Source of the DNA: Coleofasciculus chthonoplastes F2-STO-03
Lineage (GTDB): Bacteria; Cyanobacteriota; Cyanobacteriia; Cyanobacteriales; Coleofasciculaceae
Direction: 5' to 3'
Assembly (NCBI GenBank): GCA_040222015.1
Contig: JAVJWO010000047.1
Coordinates: 1-64,000, forward strand
DNA: 64,000 nucleotides
A program made the position numbers and the translations under genes. Shown one piece after another: positions 32,671-43,086 of this stretch. Under the pieces are notes generated by a model, which was not told where the DNA came from, searched no databases, and was given only the letters and a program-made list of their open reading frames with translations. Each line of letters opens with the position of its first letter. Positions within the stretch are counted from its first letter, which is position 1.

Positions 32671-33476
32671 GGAATAGTCATCCCTTCTGGGCGAAGACAC
32701 TCGGTTTCAGGTAAATGTCCAAAAATTTGCTCCGATAACATCCACACTTCTTCGTCCTCAAATAAAGAGCGATAGTTGGCATTATCAATCATCTTTTTCC
32801 ATCGTTCAAGGACTTTCATTTCCGAGCCTTTCCCGGAATAATTAAAGCTGTCAAAGGAACTTCCAGCACCAGCACTATCAAGTCCGACAACACGGTTAAT
32901 ACTACGATCGCTGTACTGTAATTCTAAAGCCGATGCAATCTGTTGTCGATAATCTTGATCGAGAAACCAGCGATTATAATTAATTACAATTTTAGGTTCT
33001 TTCAGGTAGGATGTGGTTGCCAAAAATTCTTGAGCATGCTCTTTCCAAATTCCCACAAATTTTTCAGGTTCGTGAGCGCCATATTTGTAACGAGGATGTC
33101 CCATGATAAATCCATGACTAGATGGATTAAATCCTTGATTGAGTTGTTGCTGAAGGCGACTGGCAAAAAGGTTAAATGGATCTCTCACAAGGAGTACATT
33201 AAACCGTTTGCCTGTCTTACCAAAATATAAGTCATGATACCGTTCTAATGGATCAGTAGACATTTCAGCAATAGAGCGATTTTCATGACTGCGAATCAGG
33301 AAAGATTTTCTGCGAAATCCTAGCTTCATCGGGCATTTAGCTACATTATTCCAATGGTCAACTTTACCCGGATACATCGATGAAATCCAGTCAATCACGG
33401 CATGATTACCACTTCTTGCCATTCCGTGAAAGCAAATTTCAATATCATTGACAATCAAAAAGAAGGGAACAATCAT
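32667..33476 (-). CDS. Sulfotransferase-like protein
   Basis: GMARSGNHA and VRDPFNLFAS motifs. Confidence 0.7.
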   Translation of the reverse strand: MIVPFFLIVNDIEICFHGMARSGNHAVIDWISSMYPGKVDHWNNVAKCPMKLGFRRKSFLIRSHENRSIAEMSTDPLERYHDLYFGKTGKRFNVLLVRDPFNLFASRLQQQLNQGFNPSSHGFIMGHPRYKYGAHEPEKFVGIWKEHAQEFLATTSYLKEPKIVINYNRWFLDQDYRQQIASALELQYSDRSINRVVGLDSAGAGSSFDSFNYSGKGSEMKVLERWKKMIDNANYRSLFEDEEVWMLSEQIFGHLPETECLRPEGMTIP

Positions 33477-33593
33477 AATTAGCTGTTATCAGTTTAAACT
33501 ATATGTTATATTGGTTTATACAGGCAATATATTACGTCTTGATAAAGGGGGAAAATGTTGAGTTCTAAAGCAGTTTTATCCTTGTCTACCTCC

Positions 33594-34214
33594 TTAACTT
33601 TCCCACGCTGAATGAAAAAAATCTCGTTCACATAGCATAGCATAGCGATAGCTGGATTTCACAGCGGCTGAAAGTTGGGCGTATTGATCCGTCAACTGCT
33701 CTAATTGCTGCGCTAACTGTTTAAACCCTGGATTATTATACGTGCGAATCCAATCCGTATAAGTGTGTTCGGGAATACCATCCTTTGCTAATTCTTGACC
33801 CAAAAAGGCATACAAGCGCATACAGGGTGTCATTGCTACTGTAATTAAACCAATCTCACTTCCCCAAGCTGTTGCCAACAAGAAGTCAGTATAACGCCGC
33901 GTCGCTATGGCGGGTTCAATCTGGTGTAAGTTGACTCCCCAGGCTGTGGCATAATTCTGATGCAGGCTTAGTTCTTCGAGAACACCGCTAGCAAGATTAT
34001 GAAAGGTGTTAAATCCATCCCAGTCAGGACATTTAGCGGCGGCTATACTATAAGCGCGAGCAAACGCTTCTAAGAAAAAAGCATCTTGACCAACATAGTA
34101 AGCAAATTTGCGGCGTTCAAGTGTCCCTGTGGCGATACCTTGGACAAAAGGGTGTTCTAGACACTCCTGTACCAAGGCTTGGTTAGATTTCCATAAATCG
34201 CTGCTAAGTGTCAT
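33594..34214 (-). CDS. tenA: TenA/THI-4 family protein (thiaminase II-like)
   Basis: HPFVQGIATGTL...YVGQDAFFL, TPCMRLY, YTDWIRTY, ERDFF. Confidence 0.88.
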   Translation of the reverse strand: MTLSSDLWKSNQALVQECLEHPFVQGIATGTLERRKFAYYVGQDAFFLEAFARAYSIAAAKCPDWDGFNTFHNLASGVLEELSLHQNYATAWGVNLHQIEPAIATRRYTDFLLATAWGSEIGLITVAMTPCMRLYAFLGQELAKDGIPEHTYTDWIRTYNNPGFKQLAQQLEQLTDQYAQLSAAVKSSYRYAMLCERDFFHSAWES

Positions 34215-34223
34215 AGCGCTTGT

Positions 34224-34364
34224 TTATTGCCATGGACTCAAATTTTGTTCGGGAAAAGTTGGCAGTTGTAAGACTGAAGGGATCGGCGTTTTGTCAAATC
34301 CACCGTCTACCGATAGATACACTGAGAATGTAACTGCGATCGCTAGCAGTAGTCTTTCTAGCAT
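34224..34364 (-). CDS. Small 46 aa protein with hydrophobic N-terminus (absent from ORF track)
   Basis: GAGGAG RBS 6 nt before ATG; MLERLLLAIAVTFSVYLSVDGGFDKTPIPSVLQLPTFPEQNLSPWQ*. Confidence 0.6.
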   Translation of the reverse strand: MLERLLLAIAVTFSVYLSVDGGFDKTPIPSVLQLPTFPEQNLSPWQ

Positions 34365-34569
34365 AACCCACTCCTCTGATTGTCGCTCTTTTGACCTGTC
34401 AACTGCCAGTATCTTCTCACTATCTGTGATTTCAATTAAGGAGCTGGTGATGCAAACCGTTAATTTTTTGTGATGATAGTCTAAGCTTTAGGTGATAGGA
34501 GTCATAGATTCTAGAGCGTCGGGTTTAGTTCTCACAGTTAGCCATCATCAAAAAGTCAAACGTCATGCC

Positions 34570-35142
34570 ATGAGATTTAAAGTCTTTCCCCCTCTCATCC
34601 TGTTTGCCTCTCTCTGGCTACACCCCTCAGCACCAGCCTTTAATCCAGCACACCTAGAACAATTGCGACAAACAGGTAGCTGTGTTGAGTGTGATTTGAG
34701 TGGAGTACAATTGCCGGATGCTCTCTTGAGCAATACGAATTTGAAGGGGGCTAATCTGGCTGGTGCTAATCTTATCCGCGCCGATTTAAGACGTGCCAAT
34801 CTTGAGTATGCAAACCTGAGTGGTGCGAGTCTGGTTTCTGCGAATCTTACGGATGCGAAGTTAACTGGAGCTAATCTGATTGTGGCTGCATTAATCGGTG
34901 CGAATCTAACTCGTGCGAATCTGGCTGGCGCTGGATTAAGTCTGGCTAAACTAGCGAATACTAACCTAGTTGGTGCCAATTTAAGCCTTGCTGAACTAAG
35001 GGCGGCGGATTTAAGTAATGCGAATTTGAGGGGGGCTGATTTGAGTGGTGCTGACTTGAGAGAGGCAGACTTGGATAATACTATCCTCAATAACGCTAAA
35101 CTTAGCTATGCGATTATGCCGGATGGTACTTTATTACCTTAA
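34570..35142 (+). CDS. Secreted pentapeptide repeat protein
   Basis: Signal peptide ending APA, HLEQLRQTGSCVECDLSG cap, ANL repeats; likely start ATG 34570. Confidence 0.9.
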   Translation: MRFKVFPPLILFASLWLHPSAPAFNPAHLEQLRQTGSCVECDLSGVQLPDALLSNTNLKGANLAGANLIRADLRRANLEYANLSGASLVSANLTDAKLTGANLIVAALIGANLTRANLAGAGLSLAKLANTNLVGANLSLAELRAADLSNANLRGADLSGADLREADLDNTILNNAKLSYAIMPDGTLLP

Positions 35143-35194
35143 TTTGTTGATTGTTGATTGTTGATTATTTTACTGTTCCCTATTCCTAATTTAA

Positions 35195-35728
35195 ATGTCT
35201 AACTATTTATCAAATTTACGACATTTTCTGTATGGTGGGATCATTGTCCTTGGTGTCTGGTCTTATAGCTTGGCTGCTAACGCCTCAGAATCCGTCGTCT
35301 TAAAATATCGTTTTCTGCGAGAGACGATATCGGTTCCCGAACTCTCGACATTTGCCCAAACAGGTGAGTTATCACGTTCTCTACAAGCGTATCTGGATTT
35401 GGCTGGGAAGCAACCCGAAGAATTGCGGACGACTTTAACCCAACCCATTTCAGTTAATGGGATTATGCTTTCTCGGATTCTCAATACTCCTGTGGGAGAA
35501 GTAATGCTTGATCAAGTGAGTGAGGTGATTCATACTCCGACTAACCGGGCAAATCGCCAGTCGTTGCGATCTGCCTTAGTGATCTCGGCGCTCAATGATA
35601 ATCAAATCACCCTGATCGAAATCCTGGAAAACTACCCAACCGCCGATGTTCATGTTGAAGGCAATCGCTTAGCGGAAATCGTGCAACAAATTACCCGCCT
35701 GAGTGAGGGTATGCCTCAGATTTTTTAA
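35195..35728 (+). CDS. DUF1400-type (alpha/beta hydrolase-associated) secreted protein
   Basis: ANASESVVLKY...ISVPELSTFAQTGELS...LRSALVISA...LIEILENYPT. Confidence 0.8.
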   Translation: MSNYLSNLRHFLYGGIIVLGVWSYSLAANASESVVLKYRFLRETISVPELSTFAQTGELSRSLQAYLDLAGKQPEELRTTLTQPISVNGIMLSRILNTPVGEVMLDQVSEVIHTPTNRANRQSLRSALVISALNDNQITLIEILENYPTADVHVEGNRLAEIVQQITRLSEGMPQIF

Positions 35729-35928
35729 TAAGCCAGAGTCTCTAGGGTATCCCGCAAATACCGACGCACCCGATGCTCCAAGCTGCGATCTTGAAGGTGA
35801 TGGGCGGCGGGATGCTCCATTTGCCAGCGTTGAAATCCAGAACTGGCTGCGATCGCTTCTTTGAGATTGTCCCAAACTGGACTATCTGTGGAAATTTGGT
35901 TGGATTCGGATACAGTTGTGCTTTTCAT
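35725..35928 (-). CDS. Small cyanobacterial hypothetical protein
   Basis: VWDNLKEAIAASSGFQRWQ...VRRYLRDTLETLAY; co-oriented with infB operon. Confidence 0.75.
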   Translation of the reverse strand: MKSTTVSESNQISTDSPVWDNLKEAIAASSGFQRWQMEHPAAHHLQDRSLEHRVRRYLRDTLETLAY

Positions 35929-36091
35929 AAACCTTTATCGTGAGCTAAACAGAATGAGTTCGTAGCAATTCTTAACTGTTATTTGTATTTTTTAACCTTA
36001 TTCTCAGAATAACGGAGCTGGGTTGTTTAAATTGTTACATTTGCAACAACTGATTGCCAACCTACCCAAATTTTTGGGTAAGTCATGATTT

Positions 36092-36724
36092 TCAATCCAC
36101 TTGTTCAGGGGACGATTCAGCAGAGGAAGACTCTGGGGCGATCGCAGGTAAAATTTGTTTGACCCGAAACCCTGGTACTGTAAAGTTTTCCGGTATTTTT
36201 TCCACTGGATAAGGTTGAGTTGCTGCCCACTCCGCCTCGCTCGTGAATAGAACTTGAACCACACTCAAAGGCACTTGCAAAAATAAGTGGCTTGCCAGAA
36301 ACCCAACTCCTGCCAAAACCAATCCAGCGATGTGCCATTGAACTGTCCAGGGAACGAACCCTGCAGCGAAAGGAGCGATGCTATAAATTTGCCACAGTAC
36401 CCATACCATAAAACCTGCTGCCATAATCGTTAGCAGCGGGTTGGTTTTCCGGTTAAATAAGCTCAACAGTCGTCGCTGGGATTCCGTGAGGCGATCAGGT
36501 TTCAGAGCAACCACGAGCAGACTAAAAATGTCAAAGGGGCGGGTCAATTGCATCCACAAAATCGGTGCGATGCCGATAACTGCCACAATTAAGAGTTCTA
36601 GCCAGATAGGTAACAGGGGTTCACCCGTTGCCAGTCCTAGCGCGACAACCTCTAACGTTAGGGGCAGTGCCGCTAAACCAGCCAAATGTATCCACAAGAA
36701 CGGTTCAGACCAAAAAGAGCGCAT
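36092..36724 (-). CDS. Cyanobacterial membrane protein with low-complexity tail
   Basis: MRSFWSEPFLWIHLAG start, four TM segments, directly downstream of infB. Confidence 0.8.
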   Translation of the reverse strand: MRSFWSEPFLWIHLAGLAALPLTLEVVALGLATGEPLLPIWLELLIVAVIGIAPILWMQLTRPFDIFSLLVVALKPDRLTESQRRLLSLFNRKTNPLLTIMAAGFMVWVLWQIYSIAPFAAGFVPWTVQWHIAGLVLAGVGFLASHLFLQVPLSVVQVLFTSEAEWAATQPYPVEKIPENFTVPGFRVKQILPAIAPESSSAESSPEQVD

Positions 36725-36788
36725 TGGGTTGTCCTTTATCTTTGGTGATTAGTCCTTAGTCATTAACCAAGGACTAATCACATATCAC

Positions 36789-39700
36789 CTAAGTCGCTGA
36801 TAGAGTCCGGCGCTTGCTCACCATCTTATAGGTTTCGATGATGTCACCTTCAGTCCAATCATTGAATCTATCAATACGAATACCGCATTCAAATCCGGCA
36901 TTGACCTCTTTGACATCATCCTTCATCCGCTTCAGCGAATCAAGCACCCCTTCGTAGATCATTTGACCCCGACGTTGCACTCGGATCTTGCAGTTCCGCA
37001 CTGCTTTACCTGACTGTACGTAGCAACCTGCCACCGCACCGCGACCGACGGGGAAGACAGCTCGGACTTCCACTTGACCTAAGGGTTCTTCCACCAATTC
37101 TGGCTCCAGTAACCCTTCCATCGCCGCTTGAATGTCATCCAAGAGATTATAGATGATGTTGTATTCGCGCACATCAACACTCTCTTGTTCAGCAGCCGAG
37201 CGAGCGCCGTGAGCCAACGTGGTATTAAAGCCAATGATCACTGCACCACTAGCCGCTGCTAAGTCAACATCGGTTTCGGTGACTTCTCCAGCCGTCGCTA
37301 ATAGGACTCGGATTTGAACTTCATTTTGGGGTAATTGTTTGAGTGAACCCAGAATGGCTTCAACGGAGCCTTGCACATCTGCCTTCAGGATCAAGTTGAG
37401 TTCTTTGAGTTCCCCTTCTTGAGCTTTGGCAGAGAGGCTATTCAGGCTGACTCGACGGGACGACATCACCTGTTGCAGACGAGATTCGCGCTGTTCTTGG
37501 CTTCTCGTATCCGCAACGGCGCGAGCTTCTTTTTCTTGTGCAAAGACGTCAAACTCATCACCAGCAGCCGGGACATCACTTAAACCCAGTACCTCTACGG
37601 CAAAGGAGGGAGCCGCCTCGTCTACCCGTTTGCCTCGGTCATCGGTCATGGCTCGTACTTTACCGAAGACCGATCCCGCAACCAAGGTATCACCCACCCG
37701 CAGCGTGCCATTTTGCACTAACAATGTGGCAACTGGACCTCTGGATTTATCCAGGTTGGCTTCAATAACCGTGCCTTTGGCTAATCGGGCGGGGTTAGCG
37801 GAGAGTTCTTCAATGTCAGAAACGAGCAGGATCATTTCCAGGAGCGTATCCAAGTTTTCTTTTTGGATTGCACTCACTGGCACCATGATCGTGTCACCGC
37901 CCCATTCTTCTGGGACTAATCCATGTTCCATTAACTCCTGCTTCACTCGGTCAGGTTGTGCCCCTTCCTTGTCGATTTTGTTAACGGCAACCACAATCGG
38001 CACCTCTGCGGCTTTAGCATGGCTGATCGCTTCTCGGGTTTGCGGTTGCACCCCATCATCGGCGGCGACGACCAAAATGGCAATATCGGTCACTCGCGCT
38101 CCCCGCGCCCGCATCGCGGTAAAGGCTTCGTGACCTGGAGTATCCAGGAAGACCACCTGTTGGACTTTATCTTCATGCTCCACATCGACATGGTAAGCAC
38201 CGATGTGCTGAGTAATTCCTCCCGCTTCGCCTTGTGCCACTTTGGTTTCGCGAATGGCATCCAGCAGCGTGGTTTTACCGTGATCGACGTGACCCATGAT
38301 TGTGACTACAGGTGGACGCCGAACCAGGTATTCCAAGTCAGCCGCATCCAGCATTTCGGTCACTTTAGTGGCTTCCGATTCAGCTTCTTCTGTCTGAACA
38401 TCAACGCCAAGTTCTTCGGCAACCATTTGAGCGGTGTGCAGATCCAGGGTTTGGGTAATATTCACTGCCAATCCCTTGAAGAATAGCTGCTTAATCACTT
38501 CTGTTTCGGCAAGGTTCAACTTATTCGCCAGTTCTCGAACGGTTAGCGAATCGTTTAGCACAATTTGCTCGGGACGTTCAGCGACTTCTTGCTTTTCACG
38601 ACGGCGATCGCGACTTTCTGGTTTACTGCCGGTTTTAACTTCTGGCTTTTTCCTAACCTGACTGGCTGCCGTTGGTGGGGGAGTCTGTCCCGTTTGAGAT
38701 TTAGGTTTAGGAGGACGAGCGACCGACATACTGACTGCCAAAGGAGTGTCAGCTTGTTGGTAGTCACCATCAAACTCTTCCTCATCCTCTTCGATCAGTT
38801 TAGGTCGCCGCTTGAGCTTAGCCGCTTTTCCGGGTTTAGCTCCTTCGCGATCTTCTTCTTCATCAATCCATTCTCGTTTCTTCGACTGACGTGGCGGCGT
38901 GGGTCGTTTGACTTTAAGATTTTTAAGTTCCGGTGGTTCCAGAAGGGTTTCTACGCCCTCATCGACCTCGTCCTGCTTCTGTTCTTGATCACCCGAATCG
39001 ATAGCCGCCACTTCAGGACTCTCACCCGGACGAGTCGGTCGGGAGCGTTTGGGGGGAGATTGAAGTTTAGGAACAGGCTGAGCTGGAGGTTTCGGATGAG
39101 CTGGGGCGGGAGATTTAGCCGGAGTTTGCGGTTGAGGCTCACTCGTCGATTCAGACGGCTCAGAAAGCTTAGCTGTCTCGACAGGGGTCTCATCCGATCG
39201 CTCGCGCTTCAATTTCGGTCGTTCGACCTGGGTGGGTTGACTGGGTTTCGGTGACGCTGGTCGAACGGGGGGTTGGATAAGTTTGGGTTTGGCTTCCACT
39301 TCAGCTTTAGTATCGTTCTCCTGTGACCCTTGAGATGGAGTTGGTGTTTCTGTTTCTGTTTCTGACTCAGAATCGTCCTCCTGCAAATTCACTGGTGTCG
39401 TCGGTCGATTAAGCTGGGCGGGTGGACGCGGTGGATTCACAGTCGGCTTGACGGGGGGTTGAGAAGACTTTGACCCAGATTCTGATCCCTGGGAAGAGCT
39501 AAAACTGGAACGAGGCTTAGGTTTAACGCTCAAAATTTGCTGTTTGCGCTGATTATTATTGTTAGAGCGTCCATCTGCATGGTTAGCAGATGCTGAGGTT
39601 GTTTGGTCACGACCTTTGAGGCTAGTGATCCCCTCAGCATATTTTTCCGCCGCCGCTCTGATTCGCTCAGCTTCAGATTCTGTAATCGTGCTACTGTGAC

Positions 39701-39803
39701 TTTTGACTGCAATATGAAGTCCTTCGCAAATATTCAAAATGTCCTTGTTGTCCAAATTCAATTCCCGTGATAATTCGTAAATTCTGACTTTGCCGTTGTT
39801 CAT
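36789..39803 (-). CDS. infB: Translation initiation factor IF-2
   Basis: KVRIYEL N-terminus; [29 protein letters not shown]. Confidence 0.98.
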   Translation of the reverse strand: MNNGKVRIYELSRELNLDNKDILNICEGLHIAVKSHSSTITESEAERIRAAAEKYAEGITSLKGRDQTTSASANHADGRSNNNNQRKQQILSVKPKPRSSFSSSQGSESGSKSSQPPVKPTVNPPRPPAQLNRPTTPVNLQEDDSESETETETPTPSQGSQENDTKAEVEAKPKLIQPPVRPASPKPSQPTQVERPKLKRERSDETPVETAKLSEPSESTSEPQPQTPAKSPAPAHPKPPAQPVPKLQSPPKRSRPTRPGESPEVAAIDSGDQEQKQDEVDEGVETLLEPPELKNLKVKRPTPPRQSKKREWIDEEEDREGAKPGKAAKLKRRPKLIEEDEEEFDGDYQQADTPLAVSMSVARPPKPKSQTGQTPPPTAASQVRKKPEVKTGSKPESRDRRREKQEVAERPEQIVLNDSLTVRELANKLNLAETEVIKQLFFKGLAVNITQTLDLHTAQMVAEELGVDVQTEEAESEATKVTEMLDAADLEYLVRRPPVVTIMGHVDHGKTTLLDAIRETKVAQGEAGGITQHIGAYHVDVEHEDKVQQVVFLDTPGHEAFTAMRARGARVTDIAILVVAADDGVQPQTREAISHAKAAEVPIVVAVNKIDKEGAQPDRVKQELMEHGLVPEEWGGDTIMVPVSAIQKENLDTLLEMILLVSDIEELSANPARLAKGTVIEANLDKSRGPVATLLVQNGTLRVGDTLVAGSVFGKVRAMTDDRGKRVDEAAPSFAVEVLGLSDVPAAGDEFDVFAQEKEARAVADTRSQEQRESRLQQVMSSRRVSLNSLSAKAQEGELKELNLILKADVQGSVEAILGSLKQLPQNEVQIRVLLATAGEVTETDVDLAAASGAVIIGFNTTLAHGARSAAEQESVDVREYNIIYNLLDDIQAAMEGLLEPELVEEPLGQVEVRAVFPVGRGAVAGCYVQSGKAVRNCKIRVQRRGQMIYEGVLDSLKRMKDDVKEVNAGFECGIRIDRFNDWTEGDIIETYKMVSKRRTLSAT

Positions 39804-40213
39804 CCACTATTCCCCCGTCGTACATATTGTTACACCATAACTAAATGATTGAAAGCGTGCGTGGTCATTGGTTTCCGTGCCGGATTGGCTTAAATCAATA
39901 AGGTGTCTTTAAGAGTCTACTCGATAACTCACCAATAACTCATGTTACACAGGCGATCATTGATTGACTGTAAGCCAGTTGGATATCTCTACACTCTTAA
40001 TCAGAGCCTGGATAGTTAACTTACACAAATCTTAACAAAACTAGATGGATTTTCTAGATCCCTAGATCCTCAGTCTCTTCCTCAGGTAGGAGTTGTTAAC
40101 TTGATCAGGGTCAGACTCACCTCCGAACACCATTAGTAATGGTACTCCTTTACCATCCTAGCGATTGCTTAGGTTCATTGAGAGCCTTGCTGGAGTTTTT
40201 TGGATGCATTGGC

Positions 40214-40492
40214 TCAATCGCTGCGGCGTTGGATGCTCCAGGGACAAGGTTCTAAACGTTGCCATAATCGTTGATAAATTTCGTCGGGAACCGATGCCCT
40301 CAGCGCTCGTCCCAATCGATTTTTTTTCTGAGCCGCTGCCAGACAACTCGCTTGAGGACAGATATAAGCCGAACGTCCCATGCCCTGATCTAATTTTACC
40401 TGTCGCGATGGATGGATTCGCACAACTCGCCATAATGCTTGTTTTTGAGCCACCCGGCGACAACTTAGGCAACGTCGGTAATTGGGTTCCAT
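40214..40492 (-). CDS. ylxR: YlxR/DUF448 family RNA-binding protein
   Basis: MEPNYRRCLSCR...GRSAYIC...KKNRLGRALR; canonical position between nusA and infB. Confidence 0.9.
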   Translation of the reverse strand: MEPNYRRCLSCRRVAQKQALWRVVRIHPSRQVKLDQGMGRSAYICPQASCLAAAQKKNRLGRALRASVPDEIYQRLWQRLEPCPWSIQRRSD

Positions 40493-40513
40493 AAGATTCG
40501 GACAATGATTTTG

Positions 40514-40732
40514 GTGACTGACTTGACTCAGCCACTCCCTTGCCTTGGTGGTCTTTGCCTGAGTAATGCAGATCTTCTGCAACTCGCTGTTTTTGGGCAG
40601 TTTCTCAGCCTGTCTACACAGGGCTAAGGCATCATTCCACACTACCCGAACACACCCAAATAGCCGTGCCAATGATTGACGCTGACCAGGGGTGGGATAG
40701 ATGCGATACTGATACCTTGATTTCATGCCCAT
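40514..40732 (-). pseudogene. tnpB: N-terminal fragment (about 70 aa) of IS605-family TnpB (HTH_OrfB), in frame with ylxR
   Basis: MKSRYQYRIYPTPGQRQSLARLFGCVRVVWNDAL...ITQAKTTKAREWLSQVS, then homology is lost. Confidence 0.88.
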
Positions 40733-40818
40733 CGCGTGTGTGTTCTCGACATTTTACCCCAAGGACTAAACTCTATCGCCCTTAAGGAATCTACCACCTT
40801 ACTTTGATCCTCCTAAGA

Positions 40819-42177
40819 TTAGGACAAAATATCCTCCTCTTCCTCGTCTTCAGCAAATTCTTCCTCATCTTCAGCAAATTCTTCCTCGGCTAAGGATTGA
40901 GGATTTGTCACCTTTGCCTCTAACTCGGCTGGTGAGGAAGTTTCTCTCTCTGGTTGCTCCTCATCCTCTTCTTCATCAGCGAGTTCGGCTTCCCTCTGTG
41001 CGATCGCGACTTGTAACTCCTGCATTTTCTGGTGTTCAGCTTCGTAGTCGTACTTGGCGATATCTTTAATATCAATCTTCCAACCTGTGAGACGAGCCGC
41101 TAGGCGAACATTCTGTCCCTCTTTGCCAATGGCTAAACTGAGTTGATCTTCAGCGACCAAAATGTGAGCCTGACGCGCTTCTGGATTCACCAATAAGACT
41201 TCCTCCACTCGGGCTGGACTCAGAGCATTCGCGATATAGGTAGCGGGATCAGGCGACCAACGAATCACATCGATTTTTTCGCCGCGCAATTCATTGACAA
41301 CCACTTGAATGCGCGATCCCCTAGCGCCGATACAAGCCCCAACGGGATCAACATCCCGCTCTAGGGTATCCACGGCAATTTTAGTCCGAGGTCCGACATG
41401 ACGCGAAGGTGGATTAGCTTCTCGCGCCACCGCCACGATTCGCACGACTTCATCTTCGATTTCTGGGACTTCATTGGCAAACAGATAGACCACTAAACCA
41501 GCCGAAGCTCGCGAAACCACAAGCTGGGGTCCACGGTGAGGACCTTCACGCACTTTTTTGAGAAAAACCTTAAAGGTACTACCAATGCGATAGGTATCGT
41601 TGGGTAATTGTTCGCGCTTGGGCAGTTCGGCTTCCACTTCCGGCTGACCAAAGCTGCTGCTAATCGCCATGATCACCGATTGCCGCTCAAATCGCAGCAC
41701 TCTGGCTTGGAGAACCGTTCCTTCTAACTCTTCAAACTCTTCTTGGATCAACTTACGCTGTTGATCCCGTAGTTTTTGGGAGAGTACCTGCTTGGTTTGA
41801 ATAGCTGCCATTCGACCAAAATCACGTTGATCTGGGGTAACATCCAGAACCACCGAGTCACCTAATTGTGCCTCTGATGCCACTTCTTGAACTTCTTTGA
41901 GGGAAATATGATGATCGGTGTTGCCAACTTCCTCAACAATGGTTTTGGTACAAAGAATGCGGAATCCTTCTTCTTCGATATCTAAATCGACTTCAAAGTT
42001 GTTAAAATACTCATCATCAAAATGAGGTCGCTCCATGCGTTGCGCTCGACGATAGCGCTCATAACCTTTGATCAGTGCTTCTCTCAGTGCCTGTTGGACG
42101 GCTGATTTGGGTAAATTATGGCTTTGAGAGATCTCTTCGATCATCTTTTTTAATCCTGGCAGATTAACGATAGACAT
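40819..42177 (-). CDS. nusA: Transcription termination/antitermination factor NusA
   Basis: FGRMAAIQTKQV, RTKIAV, VGACIGARGSRI, LSLAIGKEGQNVRLAARLTGWKIDI. Confidence 0.98.
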   Translation of the reverse strand: MSIVNLPGLKKMIEEISQSHNLPKSAVQQALREALIKGYERYRRAQRMERPHFDDEYFNNFEVDLDIEEEGFRILCTKTIVEEVGNTDHHISLKEVQEVASEAQLGDSVVLDVTPDQRDFGRMAAIQTKQVLSQKLRDQQRKLIQEEFEELEGTVLQARVLRFERQSVIMAISSSFGQPEVEAELPKREQLPNDTYRIGSTFKVFLKKVREGPHRGPQLVVSRASAGLVVYLFANEVPEIEDEVVRIVAVAREANPPSRHVGPRTKIAVDTLERDVDPVGACIGARGSRIQVVVNELRGEKIDVIRWSPDPATYIANALSPARVEEVLLVNPEARQAHILVAEDQLSLAIGKEGQNVRLAARLTGWKIDIKDIAKYDYEAEHQKMQELQVAIAQREAELADEEEDEEQPERETSSPAELEAKVTNPQSLAEEEFAEDEEEFAEDEEEEDILS

Positions 42178-42266
42178 AGGCAAATCTCCATAAACTGTTT
42201 ATTAGGGGTCGTGAACAACAGAACCCATGCTCAACAATGACTAAATTCCATAAGATCTAAACAGGT

Positions 42267-42728
42267 TTAACCCTGCTCATCGAACAGTACTTTAGTCACT
42301 TGATCGCGAGGAATGGCGATCGCCCGTCCTTTTTGGTTGATATATACACGGGTATCATCTCGGCGAATTAATTTCCCTCGCCATTCTTTATGTCCTTGGT
42401 CAGGTTCAGCGGTGTTAACCACCACGGAAAATCCTTTAAATGCGATGAAGTCTCGGTCTGTCGTTAGCTCTTGCGAGATCCCAGGACTAGAAATTTCCAA
42501 AACATAAGCATCTGGAATCAGATCCACGGCATCTAGTTCAGCCTCTAAAGCCCGACTCATGCGTTCACAGTCATCTAAACCCGTATCGCCGTCGCGGTTG
42601 CGGATATCTACCCGAAGTACAGGGGGACGTCTGTTCGTGTGAAACACCGCCCCAACGAACTCCAATCCCAATTTTTCGGCTACTGGGGTTGCCAAATCGA
42701 TTAGTTGTGGAATCAGGGGATGAGTCAT
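42267..42728 (-). CDS. rimP: Ribosome maturation factor RimP
   Basis: [19 protein letters not shown]; first gene of rimP-nusA-ylxR-infB. Confidence 0.96.
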   Translation of the reverse strand: MTHPLIPQLIDLATPVAEKLGLEFVGAVFHTNRRPPVLRVDIRNRDGDTGLDDCERMSRALEAELDAVDLIPDAYVLEISSPGISQELTTDRDFIAFKGFSVVVNTAEPDQGHKEWRGKLIRRDDTRVYINQKGRAIAIPRDQVTKVLFDEQG

Positions 42729-42742
42729 AGAAAAACTTCAAC

Positions 42743-42768
42743 AAAAAAAGTGGGTTCAACCCACCTCC
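42743..42768 (-). terminator. rimP leader terminator-like hairpin
   Basis: Minus strand GGAGGTGGGTT-G-AACCCAC-TTTTTTT just upstream of rimP, as in the known rimP leader motif. Confidence 0.75.
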
Positions 42769-43086
42769 AGGTAAAATTTCTGCCAAGAAGCCTAGCAATA
42801 ATTAACACAATCTCTACCCTGCTTGTGTACTTGGGAACAGTTTTATAGCTCCCCCAGACGCCGACATCAGGATAGAGTGACTTCCGTTGCTATGTTCGAG
42901 TTTAGCGCAATCTTTGCCCGTTGTGGGATCGGATTACCACAAGCAAAGGGGGGTGAAGGTGGAGTGTTGACCCTTTGCTGCGCTAGTCGGGCATGGCGCG
43001 TGAGTGTTGACCCTTCACTTCCCCCATCTCCCAGACGTAGCATGAGGAGTCTCTACATGCTCCCCCAGCTTCCCCATCTTCATCAA

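Noticed and set aside
34215..34490. TPP riboswitch upstream of tenA
   Set aside because: No convincing TPP aptamer core found; the space is occupied by a small ORF.
39820..39833. GTA-N8-TAC (NtcA-like) site just upstream of infB
   Set aside because: Six-base pattern expected many times by chance in 64 kb; sits against the RBS inside an operon with no supporting promoter context.
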